From positions 23,562 to 87,561 of the IMG/VR virus record IMGVR_UViG_3300046779_000230: a stretch of DNA of 64,000 bases, one strand, 5' to 3'. The number at the start of each line of letters is the position of its first letter. Positions within the stretch are counted from its first letter, which is position 1. Made by a program: the position numbers and the translations under genes. Shown here piece by piece: positions 28,285 to 35,470 of the stretch. Source of the stretch: a virus (lineage: Duplodnaviria; Heunggongvirae; Uroviricota; Caudoviricetes). The notes beneath the pieces were generated by a model. The model ran no database searches and had not been told where the DNA came from. It saw nothing but the letters and a program-made list of their open reading frames with translations.

Positions 28285-29734
28285 ATTTCAAAACATATCT
28301 ATTCTGCTCTAGCAAAGTCTTGTGATCAATCAATGCTAATTTAGAAAAGTCACTCAAGTAATTATTATACATCGACATTTGATTGGAGACAACTTTTTCT
28401 CCATGTGACTGCATAAAATTACTACTAATAGTATTCACATCAAACAAACCAAGACCATCCATAACTTGTATCCAGTTTGTTTCACTAAACATAGTCCAAT
28501 TACCAGAAAAGTACATTCTAGTTGGCATTGCACTCTTGAATGTTTCTAAGTTTTCTCTAATAAAATCTGTCTTGGTTATTTCGTTTTTCACTGTCTTCCA
28601 AAAATCACTATCTGACCGTTTTGTCATATAATGTAGTTGAACGAAATCAACAATATTATCAAATGAAGAAATAAACTCTTTATTGTAATGGTCAGAAGCC
28701 TTTCGGTTGACTACCCAATACTCAAAAGACTGAACAAACCCCATAGCTTGTAAAATAGAATTACCAATACTAGATGCTTCTAAAGGTTCAACGAACGATG
28801 CAGACAATCCAATAGAAAGACAATTATTAATCCAAAATCTATCTACTCTACCAGCTTCAAATTTAATATCTTTGGCAATATTAACTTGTTCGGTGTATAC
28901 AGATTGTACCTCATCATGTGCTTGAGATGAATTTATAAAATCATCACAGAATACATATCCATTACCATAACGACCACGTGTGGAAATTCTCCAATTCCAT
29001 CCAGAAGACAATGCTCTAGATAATGTATATGGAGATAACTGAGAGACATCATCAGTTGGGAATGCCAATGCATGATTCATTGGAAGATATTTCTTATAAG
29101 AAATCCATTTAGCTCCAAGTTTAGAAGCTAAGAATTTCTTAAATCCAGTGCTATCAATAAAGAAATCAGCATCGAATACTTCACCAGATTCAGAAACTAC
29201 AGAACCAATATCGCCATTCTCTAAGATATTTACATCTGTTAAAGTTGTCTTGACGATGTTAATATCGCGCTCTATACATTTCTTATGTAAGTATTCATTT
29301 AACTTAAATGTATTAAAATGGTATTGGAATGTTGTGTTAATTCCACCAACCATTCTAACCATATCTGTGCCAACGGTAACATCAACAAGTTGAATACCTT
29401 TGTGTATACAAGTCTTTTCTAATAAGTGGTCTTCTTGGGTTTGCCAAAAAGGTTGACCAATCGCATGAAAATAGCTTTTACCATCTCCATTCCAATTCTC
29501 AAACTTGATGCCTTTCTTCAAGGCACCATCAGTCTCGCGAACTAATTCTCGATTGTCGAGACCTACATAATCACAGAACTGAGACCAATGCTCAGTCGAT
29601 CCCTCTCCAACCCCAATAATACCAATATCTGTAGATTCGATAATGGTTATGGGGTAGAGTGGATATGCTTTACGTATAATCAAGGCAGAAATCAGACCTG
29701 CAGTCCCGCCACCTACGATTACAAATTTCTTCAT
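28277..29734 (-). CDS. Flavin-dependent halogenase (tryptophan-halogenase family)
   Basis: IVGGGTAGLISA is the FAD GxGxxG motif. GVGEGS, SSGWNWRIS (the WxWxI halogenase signature) and ASFVEPLEASSIG (the conserved FxEPLES with the catalytic Glu) are all present. Confidence 0.75.
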   Translation of the reverse strand: MKKFVIVGGGTAGLISALIIRKAYPLYPITIIESTDIGIIGVGEGSTEHWSQFCDYVGLDNRELVRETDGALKKGIKFENWNGDGKSYFHAIGQPFWQTQEDHLLEKTCIHKGIQLVDVTVGTDMVRMVGGINTTFQYHFNTFKLNEYLHKKCIERDINIVKTTLTDVNILENGDIGSVVSESGEVFDADFFIDSTGFKKFLASKLGAKWISYKKYLPMNHALAFPTDDVSQLSPYTLSRALSSGWNWRISTRGRYGNGYVFCDDFINSSQAHDEVQSVYTEQVNIAKDIKFEAGRVDRFWINNCLSIGLSASFVEPLEASSIGNSILQAMGFVQSFEYWVVNRKASDHYNKEFISSFDNIVDFVQLHYMTKRSDSDFWKTVKNEITKTDFIRENLETFKSAMPTRMYFSGNWTMFSETNWIQVMDGLGLFDVNTISSNFMQSHGEKVVSNQMSMYNNYLSDFSKLALIDHKTLLEQNRYVLKFE

Positions 29735-29737
29735 ATA

Positions 29738-30394
29738 TTAAAAGTCGAATGTAGAATCAGATTCAACAGCAACGTAATACACTAGATCACCAGCAGACTT
29801 AAAGCGAGAGATTTTCTTGCTGGAAATACTAACAGTATATTCACCTGGGAGCATCTTAAGGTTTTCAACTTTCAAGTTGACTTTGAAAGACTTGTCTGTG
29901 GATCCAACTGGCTCGCTGAAAGAGTTACCAGTTGCATTCTTTTTATCGCCAACTACAGCAGTAATAGTAGTGCCGTCACCAACAATAGAAACGTCGGATG
30001 CACGAAGAACTGAAGCAGTCTTGTGAATCATGTTCAACATGGCAGCAGTCATTGTGAACTCGATGTCAGCATTCGGGAATGTGATAGACTTTTGCGGAGC
30101 AGTCAAGACAGTTGCATCAGCTGCAAAGTATTTGATGCTCATGTTACCTTGCTTGATAGTAACATACTTTGTATCAAAGTCCAATTCAGGATCTTCGAAC
30201 AACGACATGGCACCAAGGAATTCGTTTAGATCGTAGATACCAAAGTCTGGGAATGTCTCAGAAACAACAGCGTCTGCCATCACGTTCTTTTGAGCAGAGA
30301 TTGTTGCCAGTTTATTACCTTGCTTCAACAGAAGGTTTCCATTGATGCCTGCAAAGTTCTTAAACAGGGCAAGGGTTTCTTTTGATAGTTTCAT
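29738..30394 (-). CDS. 45: Sliding clamp gp45
   Basis: MKLSKETLALFKNFAGINGNLLLKQG parallels T4 gp45 MKLSKDTTALLKNFATINSGIMLKSG. The C-terminal YYVAVESDSTFDF parallels NYVVALEADSTHDF. Confidence 0.95.
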   Translation of the reverse strand: MKLSKETLALFKNFAGINGNLLLKQGNKLATISAQKNVMADAVVSETFPDFGIYDLNEFLGAMSLFEDPELDFDTKYVTIKQGNMSIKYFAADATVLTAPQKSITFPNADIEFTMTAAMLNMIHKTASVLRASDVSIVGDGTTITAVVGDKKNATGNSFSEPVGSTDKSFKVNLKVENLKMLPGEYTVSISSKKISRFKSAGDLVYYVAVESDSTFDF

Positions 30395-30428
30395 TATTTC
30401 TCCTAAAATATATTACTATGTATAATAG

Positions 30429-30457
30429 ATTATGCCTGAAAACCAAGTTTCAGGCAA
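30429..30457 (-). promoter_or_regulatory. Putative promoter TTGCCT, 17-nt spacer, CATAAT, overlapping a perfect 9-bp hairpin at 30433..30456
   Basis: The minus strand reads TTGCCTgaaacttggttttcaggCATAAT. The hairpin tgcctgaaa/tttcaggca spans the -35 box and the spacer, between the rubredoxin stop and the gp45 start. Confidence 0.4.
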
Positions 30458-30464
30458 ATTATTT

Positions 30465-30596
30465 TCACTCCATCAGGACGTAGTCGTTCTTGGAAACACC
30501 ACATTCTGGGCAGTTGACTTCATCTGGAAGACTCAACCAATCAGCTTCTGATAATTGGTGACCACAAACGATACAAACATAAATTCGTTCAGACAT
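30465..30596 (-). CDS. Rubredoxin (43 aa)
   Basis: Manual translation gives MSERIYVCIVCGHQLSEADWLSLPDEVNCPECGVSKNDYVLME*. It has the two CxxCG knuckles (VCIVCG, NCPECG) and the rubredoxin-like spacing. Its start overlaps the rubrerythrin stop (TAATG). Confidence 0.6.
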   Translation of the reverse strand: MSERIYVCIVCGHQLSEADWLSLPDEVNCPECGVSKNDYVLME

Positions 30597-31045
30597 TATA
30601 GGCTCTCCTTAACTTTTTGGTATGCTTCAGCGTGACGCTTTTCAACTTTAGCAAGGGCAGCGAATCGCTTTTCAGCCAATGCCAACACTTTCTTGAACTG
30701 CTCAGCGTGTTCTTTAGATTCAGCTGCTTGGTAGCGAGCTTCTAACATAGCTTCGTCGTTCTTTTCCAACTCAGCTTCTTCTTCCATGCGTGGATACATT
30801 TCTGTAAACTCATGGGTCTCACCGAGAATGGCAAGATGCAAGCATTCTTTTGTAGATGGTTTACCGATCAGCAACTCAAGATGACCCCAAGCGTGAAGGA
30901 TCTCTTGATCAGCTGTATGTTCAAAGTGTTTAGCAACATCCTCGAACCCTTCAGCGCGTGCCAACTTGGCGAAATAACGATACTTGATATGAGCCATGGA
31001 TTCGCCAGCCAATGCGCTCTCAAGGTTTTTAATTGTTACAGACAT
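30596..31045 (-). CDS. Rubrerythrin / ferritin-like diiron protein
   Basis: Repeated E..H pairs (EILHAWGH, ETHEFTEMYPRMEEE) in a predicted four-helix protein of 149 aa. Confidence 0.5.
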   Translation of the reverse strand: MSVTIKNLESALAGESMAHIKYRYFAKLARAEGFEDVAKHFEHTADQEILHAWGHLELLIGKPSTKECLHLAILGETHEFTEMYPRMEEEAELEKNDEAMLEARYQAAESKEHAEQFKKVLALAEKRFAALAKVEKRHAEAYQKVKESL

Positions 31046-31059
31046 ATTTTCCTTTTAAT

Positions 31060-31593
31060 TTACCAGTCAGAACTTGGACCAGAGTCAGAACTTGATGAGT
31101 AAGAACTCGATGAATCAGAACTTGAACTCCAAGATGATTTTGGGCTAGATGTATCAGAATCACCCCAGCCATATGATGATTCATTTGTTTTTACGCTAAC
31201 AGATCCAGTGTCTTCATTTTTAGTGACAACACCAGAAATACTGTCAGAATTAGAATTAAGCAGTGTATTAATAACAACAGCAGTCATAACACCATCCATA
31301 AAACCATCATCGTGAGATTTAACAGATTGTGTTGGTGATGGAGCATAAGAAACAGTTGTTTCTTTTCCACGAGGTGGAACAGCGCGAGTATTATCTACAG
31401 CTACAGCCTTCATTTTAGCTTGAAAGTTTTTACGAGACTGACGAGCAATTTCGATTTCTCGAAGACGCTCTTGCTCAGCTTGTTCTTCTTTAAACTTTTT
31501 ACGACGTTGATTGATTCGGAGTTGAGCACGAATCGCCAGAATGGCTAAAGCCACCCCAGCAATCGCCACAGCAATTACTAGGATGTCGTCCAT
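31060..31593 (-). CDS. Membrane protein with a Ser-rich C-terminal tail
   Basis: N-terminal transmembrane helix ILVIAVAIAGVALAILAI. C-terminus SSSSDSSSSYSSSSDSGPSSDW. Coupled to the SPFH gene by an ATGA overlap. Confidence 0.45.
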   Translation of the reverse strand: MDDILVIAVAIAGVALAILAIRAQLRINQRRKKFKEEQAEQERLREIEIARQSRKNFQAKMKAVAVDNTRAVPPRGKETTVSYAPSPTQSVKSHDDGFMDGVMTAVVINTLLNSNSDSISGVVTKNEDTGSVSVKTNESSYGWGDSDTSSPKSSWSSSSDSSSSYSSSSDSGPSSDW

Positions 31594-32390
31594 TATTTAC
31601 CTACAACAACTTGACCACGGAAGTCGAATGGAATAACAACAGTGTTTACTTTACCGTTCTTAATACCTTCGGCGATATCAGCTTGAGCCTTTGCTTGCAT
31701 ATAAGCAATTGATTGAGCGCCTTGATTAGCCAACGCTTGCATACGACGAGCCTCAGCTTCAGCAGTCTTTACTTCAACTTCTTTTTGCTTGAATTCATTC
31801 TTTGAACGAACCAATGCGTTGGCAGATTCAACGACGCTATCAGCAGGCACTACGTTACGTACAAGAACCTGAGTAATAGTGATACTACCATCCAGCTTTT
31901 CGTCAGTCAGTGTCTTTTGAATTTGTTCTTTGATAGACAATTCCATTGCTTGACGAGCATCAGCCATTTCCAACGCTTCGTATTTACGCGCTTCTTTGTA
32001 GATAGCGTTACGTGCAGCATTGTGGATATAGTTAAACATCAAGTAAGTATCGCCATCGTGTTTAACGTGGAATGCCTTTGACTTGGTGTTATAAAGTTCA
32101 GCAACCTGAGACTGATTCAAGCTGTAGATAACGATGGCATCAAAGTCTTTCATTGTGCTGTTATCTTTGGCAATTGGAGTCATGTCGTCCAATTTCACGT
32201 TAACATCTTTGACAGGGAATGTCAGAACATCACCAACCAAGACTTGATTGAAAGAACCTGGAAGCAATTCCTCATTCTTAACTTGCTTATCAAAACCAAC
32301 TCGCAAACCAACTTCACCAGTTTCAATACGGGTGCAACCAGTCAGCAATACAGCGCCAGCCAAAATAGCCATAGAGACAAGACGTTTCAT
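31593..32390 (-). CDS. SPFH/band-7 (prohibitin/HflKC-like) lipoprotein
   Basis: Signal peptide with lipobox LLTGC, followed by a long charged coiled-coil typical of SPFH proteins. Confidence 0.55.
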   Translation of the reverse strand: MKRLVSMAILAGAVLLTGCTRIETGEVGLRVGFDKQVKNEELLPGSFNQVLVGDVLTFPVKDVNVKLDDMTPIAKDNSTMKDFDAIVIYSLNQSQVAELYNTKSKAFHVKHDGDTYLMFNYIHNAARNAIYKEARKYEALEMADARQAMELSIKEQIQKTLTDEKLDGSITITQVLVRNVVPADSVVESANALVRSKNEFKQKEVEVKTAEAEARRMQALANQGAQSIAYMQAKAQADIAEGIKNGKVNTVVIPFDFRGQVVVGK

Positions 32391-32486
32391 ATTAAATAAA
32401 TCCTTTTACCATTAGAAAGAAACACACAACAAAACCAAGAACAAAATACAGTGGGCGGAGCCAGACATCATTAATCATAATTCACC

Positions 32487-32663
32487 TTAGAAAGTTAGGA
32501 CAATTGCAGTCAAACAAGCCAGAGCAATAAATGCAGTCATGAAACTGTAGAATACTGCTTTGATCAGATCAAATTTTGCAGCTGGAGAAATGTGCCAGAA
32601 GTAACTGAGACCAAAGAACACCACACCCCACACTGCAAGGAATACCATAATAGCACGAATCAT
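32487..32663 (-). CDS. Small hydrophobic membrane protein (58 aa)
   Basis: Manual translation gives MIRAIMVFLAVWGVVFFGLSYFWHISPAAKFDLIKAVFYSFMTAFIALACLTAIVLTF*. ATGA overlap with the upstream gene. Confidence 0.4.
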   Translation of the reverse strand: MIRAIMVFLAVWGVVFFGLSYFWHISPAAKFDLIKAVFYSFMTAFIALACLTAIVLTF

Positions 32664-32956
32664 TTTTTAATTCTTTCTAAGAATTCTTGAGAGAGTTTAT
32701 TGTGTTGTTCAATAGAACAATAAAGAATCCACTCACAAGGAACTTTTACATTATCTTTATCCAATAAGAAATAACCAATAAGGGTATAAGGAATACCTTC
32801 ATCGATATTTCTTTCGATCGAAAAGACATCTAAGTTATCCCAATTGACAACAAAGTTACACGAAGCAAGATCAGCCTCGCGTAGATTGTCATTTTCTAAT
32901 TTCAAAGACTTAATAGTCTCTCGAGCTTCACGTAGTTCGCTAAACAAGTTCAACAT
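32660..32956 (-). CDS. Hypothetical protein
   Basis: Intact ORF. Confidence 0.4.
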   Translation of the reverse strand: MLNLFSELREARETIKSLKLENDNLREADLASCNFVVNWDNLDVFSIERNIDEGIPYTLIGYFLLDKDNVKVPCEWILYCSIEQHNKLSQEFLERIKK

Positions 32957-33279
32957 TATACATCCTTTGAATACTTCACATCATGCTCATACAAGAAAGC
33001 CAAGCAACACATAGCGTGAGCCAAGTGGTGAATGCCAGACTCTGGATCAACTTGTTCGCCCATTTTCCATGCCCACACATGACGCTCAAGCGCAGCAAAG
33101 TAACGTCGCTTAGAATCAGGAACCAACTGCCAATTATCAGGCGCATATTTTTGAGCACCAAAGGTCAAAACTTTGACCATCTCTGCTTGAGCAAGAGGTG
33201 GAATCAGATCATAGCGAAGTTTATCGCCATCAAACTTACGACCATCGGGTGTAGCTTCTTTTTGTTTTTTAGTAACCAT
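32956..33279 (-). CDS. Conserved phage protein; the DGDKLRYDLIP...GAQKY..NW motif suggests a nucleotide pyrophosphohydrolase-associated N-terminal domain
   Basis: Motif resemblance only. Confidence 0.3.
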   Translation of the reverse strand: MVTKKQKEATPDGRKFDGDKLRYDLIPPLAQAEMVKVLTFGAQKYAPDNWQLVPDSKRRYFAALERHVWAWKMGEQVDPESGIHHLAHAMCCLAFLYEHDVKYSKDV

Positions 33280-33329
33280 ACTATCTCCAGTGTATCAACT
33301 ATGGGCACTCATAGAATGCCCATAAGCAA

Positions 33330-33590
33330 TTAGCCGCGAGTGAAAATGGTAGCACCAGCAACATGATTTGCAATTGCAATCATACGCTTGCTTGGCTTAC
33401 CGATGCGGTACTTAGTTGTTTCTGTGCCATCGGACAGAGTAGCTTTGTTGCTATAGATGCAATGACCTTGCATGCGCAATTGATGAATTGCATCATGTGG
33501 GTTCTTCAAACCAAAAGAGCCAGCGATCTGGCGAGCAGTGACTGTAGCACCATTTTTAAGATGATTCAATAGCTTTGCTTGTTTAGACAT
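33330..33590 (-). CDS. Hypothetical protein
   Basis: Intact ORF. Confidence 0.4.
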   Translation of the reverse strand: MSKQAKLLNHLKNGATVTARQIAGSFGLKNPHDAIHQLRMQGHCIYSNKATLSDGTETTKYRIGKPSKRMIAIANHVAGATIFTRG

Positions 33591-33610
33591 AATATCTCCA
33601 TACCATCAAC

Positions 33611-33650
33611 AAAAAGAGGACGTAAGAGAGATGGTGTATCCCTTACGCCC
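33611..33650 (-). terminator. Rho-independent terminator: 9-bp stem with one G·U pair and a 15-nt loop, then UCUUUUU
   Basis: Stem arms at 33618..33626 and 33642..33650. T-run on the minus strand at 33611..33617. Confidence 0.45.
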
Positions 33651-33655
33651 TGTAA

Positions 33656-34153
33656 TTAAATTTCGATGCCGTTTTCGCGGAGGATCTGATTGAAGTCCTC
33701 TGTGTCGTCATCGTATGCATCAGATTCAGCGATGACACTTTGCAAGCGTGAAGTATCCATAGTAGATTCTTTCTTCACAGCCTTGGGTGCGACAGTTTTA
33801 GTTTTAGTCTTGGTCTTAGCCACAGTAGTCTTAGCGACTTTGGCAACTTTAGCTTTAGCAGCCTTAACAGGATTCTGCTTGGCATCAAGTTCAAGATTGA
33901 ATGCCTTCATTTCCTCTGCAGTGGGAACTGGCAGTTGGTACACACCACGCTCAACTTTGTTCTTGTTGAACAACCAGTTGGGGTAACCAATCTTTTCACC
34001 CTTAACACCATTGCGTTGTTCGCGCAAGATGTAATAGATGGAAGCACACTCTTTGAGTGTAATTTGTGGGTCTTTCTTGTATTGTGGTTTTTCTGCAAGA
34101 ACAGCCACAACAAAGCGTTTCTGGGAAAGAGTCAGGTTTGCAAATTTCAACAT
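33656..34153 (-). CDS. Histone H1-like Lys/Ala-rich DNA-binding protein
   Basis: The KAAKAKVAKVAKTTVAKTKTKTKTVAPKAVKK tail. The real start is probably the ATG at 34153 (MLKFANL) preceded by an AAGGA ribosome-binding site. The track start uses an upstream TTG. Confidence 0.5.
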   Translation of the reverse strand: MLKFANLTLSQKRFVVAVLAEKPQYKKDPQITLKECASIYYILREQRNGVKGEKIGYPNWLFNKNKVERGVYQLPVPTAEEMKAFNLELDAKQNPVKAAKAKVAKVAKTTVAKTKTKTKTVAPKAVKKESTMDTSRLQSVIAESDAYDDDTEDFNQILRENGIEI

Positions 34154-34200
34154 AATATATCCTTTCAAGATTACAAAACATTACCGAAGTAACAGATGTT

Positions 34201-34229
34201 ATTATACAGGAACTAACAATAAAAGGCAA
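34201..34229 (-). promoter_or_regulatory. Sigma70-type early promoter: TTGCCT, 17-nt spacer, TATAAT
   Basis: The minus strand reads cTTGCCTtttattgttagttcctgTATAAT, 47 nt upstream of the ATG at 34153. Confidence 0.55.
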
Positions 34230-34290
34230 GTCTTTTTTGTAATAACCCTACAGCCCGTGGGGTTATTAAAAGTAAACCTAAAGTGTTACT

Positions 34291-35415
34291 TTAGAAGGGG
34301 ATTTCCTCTTCATAAGGCTGGGGAACTACTTTTTGGGGCTTGACAGGCTCTGGTTCAGGAGAAGCCACTTTATCGTACAAGTCGATAAATGCAGTCCTAG
34401 TCGAAGCATCAAACCGATTGCAGCACAGCTGTACGGCTTTTTCGCGATTCTTAAAGATTGCAAAGGCTCGAACAATGTGAATCATACGACGAGTTGTAAT
34501 AGTCTCATCGCAACCACCATCAGCAAAAGTTCTACGAATAGCTTCAGCCCACTTGACTAGAGTTTCAGCAAATTCTTCATCAACACAAGAGTATGTATCC
34601 ATCAGATTTTTAATAATCTTAACTTCAATCTTTGCGTTGGGATAGTCTTGATCAAAGGTAACAGCAAAACGCTCAAGGAACGCTTCGTTCAGAATGTTAG
34701 TACCAATGTAACGACCATCATCACTGCCTTTACCTTTTGTGTTGGCAGTGGCGATAATGTTAAATCCCTGAGCAGGAACAATCATCTCATTTTTAAGTTT
34801 GAAGTAGTATGGCTTGCCTTCAAGGATAGGTTGCAAGCACAACAAGGTGTTGGCAGCGCCAGCATCAATTTCATCCAACAGCAGAGTACAACCTGTGCGC
34901 ATGGCGATTAGCACTGGACCTTCGACAATTTCAACATTACCCTCTTGAAGAGTCTTGGAACCAATAAGTTGTTCTTCATCAGTCATCATGTTAAGGTTAA
35001 CACGAATCAATGGCTTCTTGTGCTTGGCACAAATTTGCTCAACCATTGTTGACTTACCATTACCAGTTGGACCAGAGATATAAGTTGGGTAGAAGATACC
35101 TTCTTTGATAATAGACTCAATGTCTGAGTAGTTACCAAATGGTACAAAGTTAGGATCTTTAACAGGAATCAAAGAATTGGATTCTTGAACAACTTCTTTC
35201 GTTGGGCTTTGAGCAGCTTGCTTCTTGGCAACAGAATATGAGCCACGACCAACTTTTTCAGTCATGAGCCAAACAGGATACTTGCTAGTGCCAAGATCAC
35301 TCATAACTTCCAACAGTTGCTGTCTGGTAACAACACCATCTGCAGAAACTGCAGGGAACATCTCATACATTCGGTTCTCAAAAGAACCACGAAACTCAGA
35401 ATCAATTTTAGCCAT
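34291..35415 (-). CDS. cobS: MoxR/CobS-like AAA+ ATPase
   Basis: Walker A motif YISGPTGNGKSTMVEQ. Length 374 aa. Paired with a downstream VWA protein, as in CobS/CobT. Confidence 0.65.
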   Translation of the reverse strand: MAKIDSEFRGSFENRMYEMFPAVSADGVVTRQQLLEVMSDLGTSKYPVWLMTEKVGRGSYSVAKKQAAQSPTKEVVQESNSLIPVKDPNFVPFGNYSDIESIIKEGIFYPTYISGPTGNGKSTMVEQICAKHKKPLIRVNLNMMTDEEQLIGSKTLQEGNVEIVEGPVLIAMRTGCTLLLDEIDAGAANTLLCLQPILEGKPYYFKLKNEMIVPAQGFNIIATANTKGKGSDDGRYIGTNILNEAFLERFAVTFDQDYPNAKIEVKIIKNLMDTYSCVDEEFAETLVKWAEAIRRTFADGGCDETITTRRMIHIVRAFAIFKNREKAVQLCCNRFDASTRTAFIDLYDKVASPEPEPVKPQKVVPQPYEEEIPF

Positions 35416-35441
35416 AATAAATTACTCCATTCACTAACATA

Positions 35442-35470
35442 ATTATACTGTAGTTATTGTTGCAAGTCAA
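35442..35470 (-). promoter_or_regulatory. Sigma70-type promoter: TTGACT, 17-nt spacer, TATAAT
   Basis: The minus strand reads gcTTGACTtgcaacaataactacagTATAAT, 27 nt upstream of the CobS ATG. Confidence 0.6.

Noticed and set aside
34247-34273. Inverted repeat aataaccc...ggggttatt, considered as a terminator
   Set aside because: The T-run lies on the wrong side for both strands. It is more likely incidental, or an RNase or protein-binding site.
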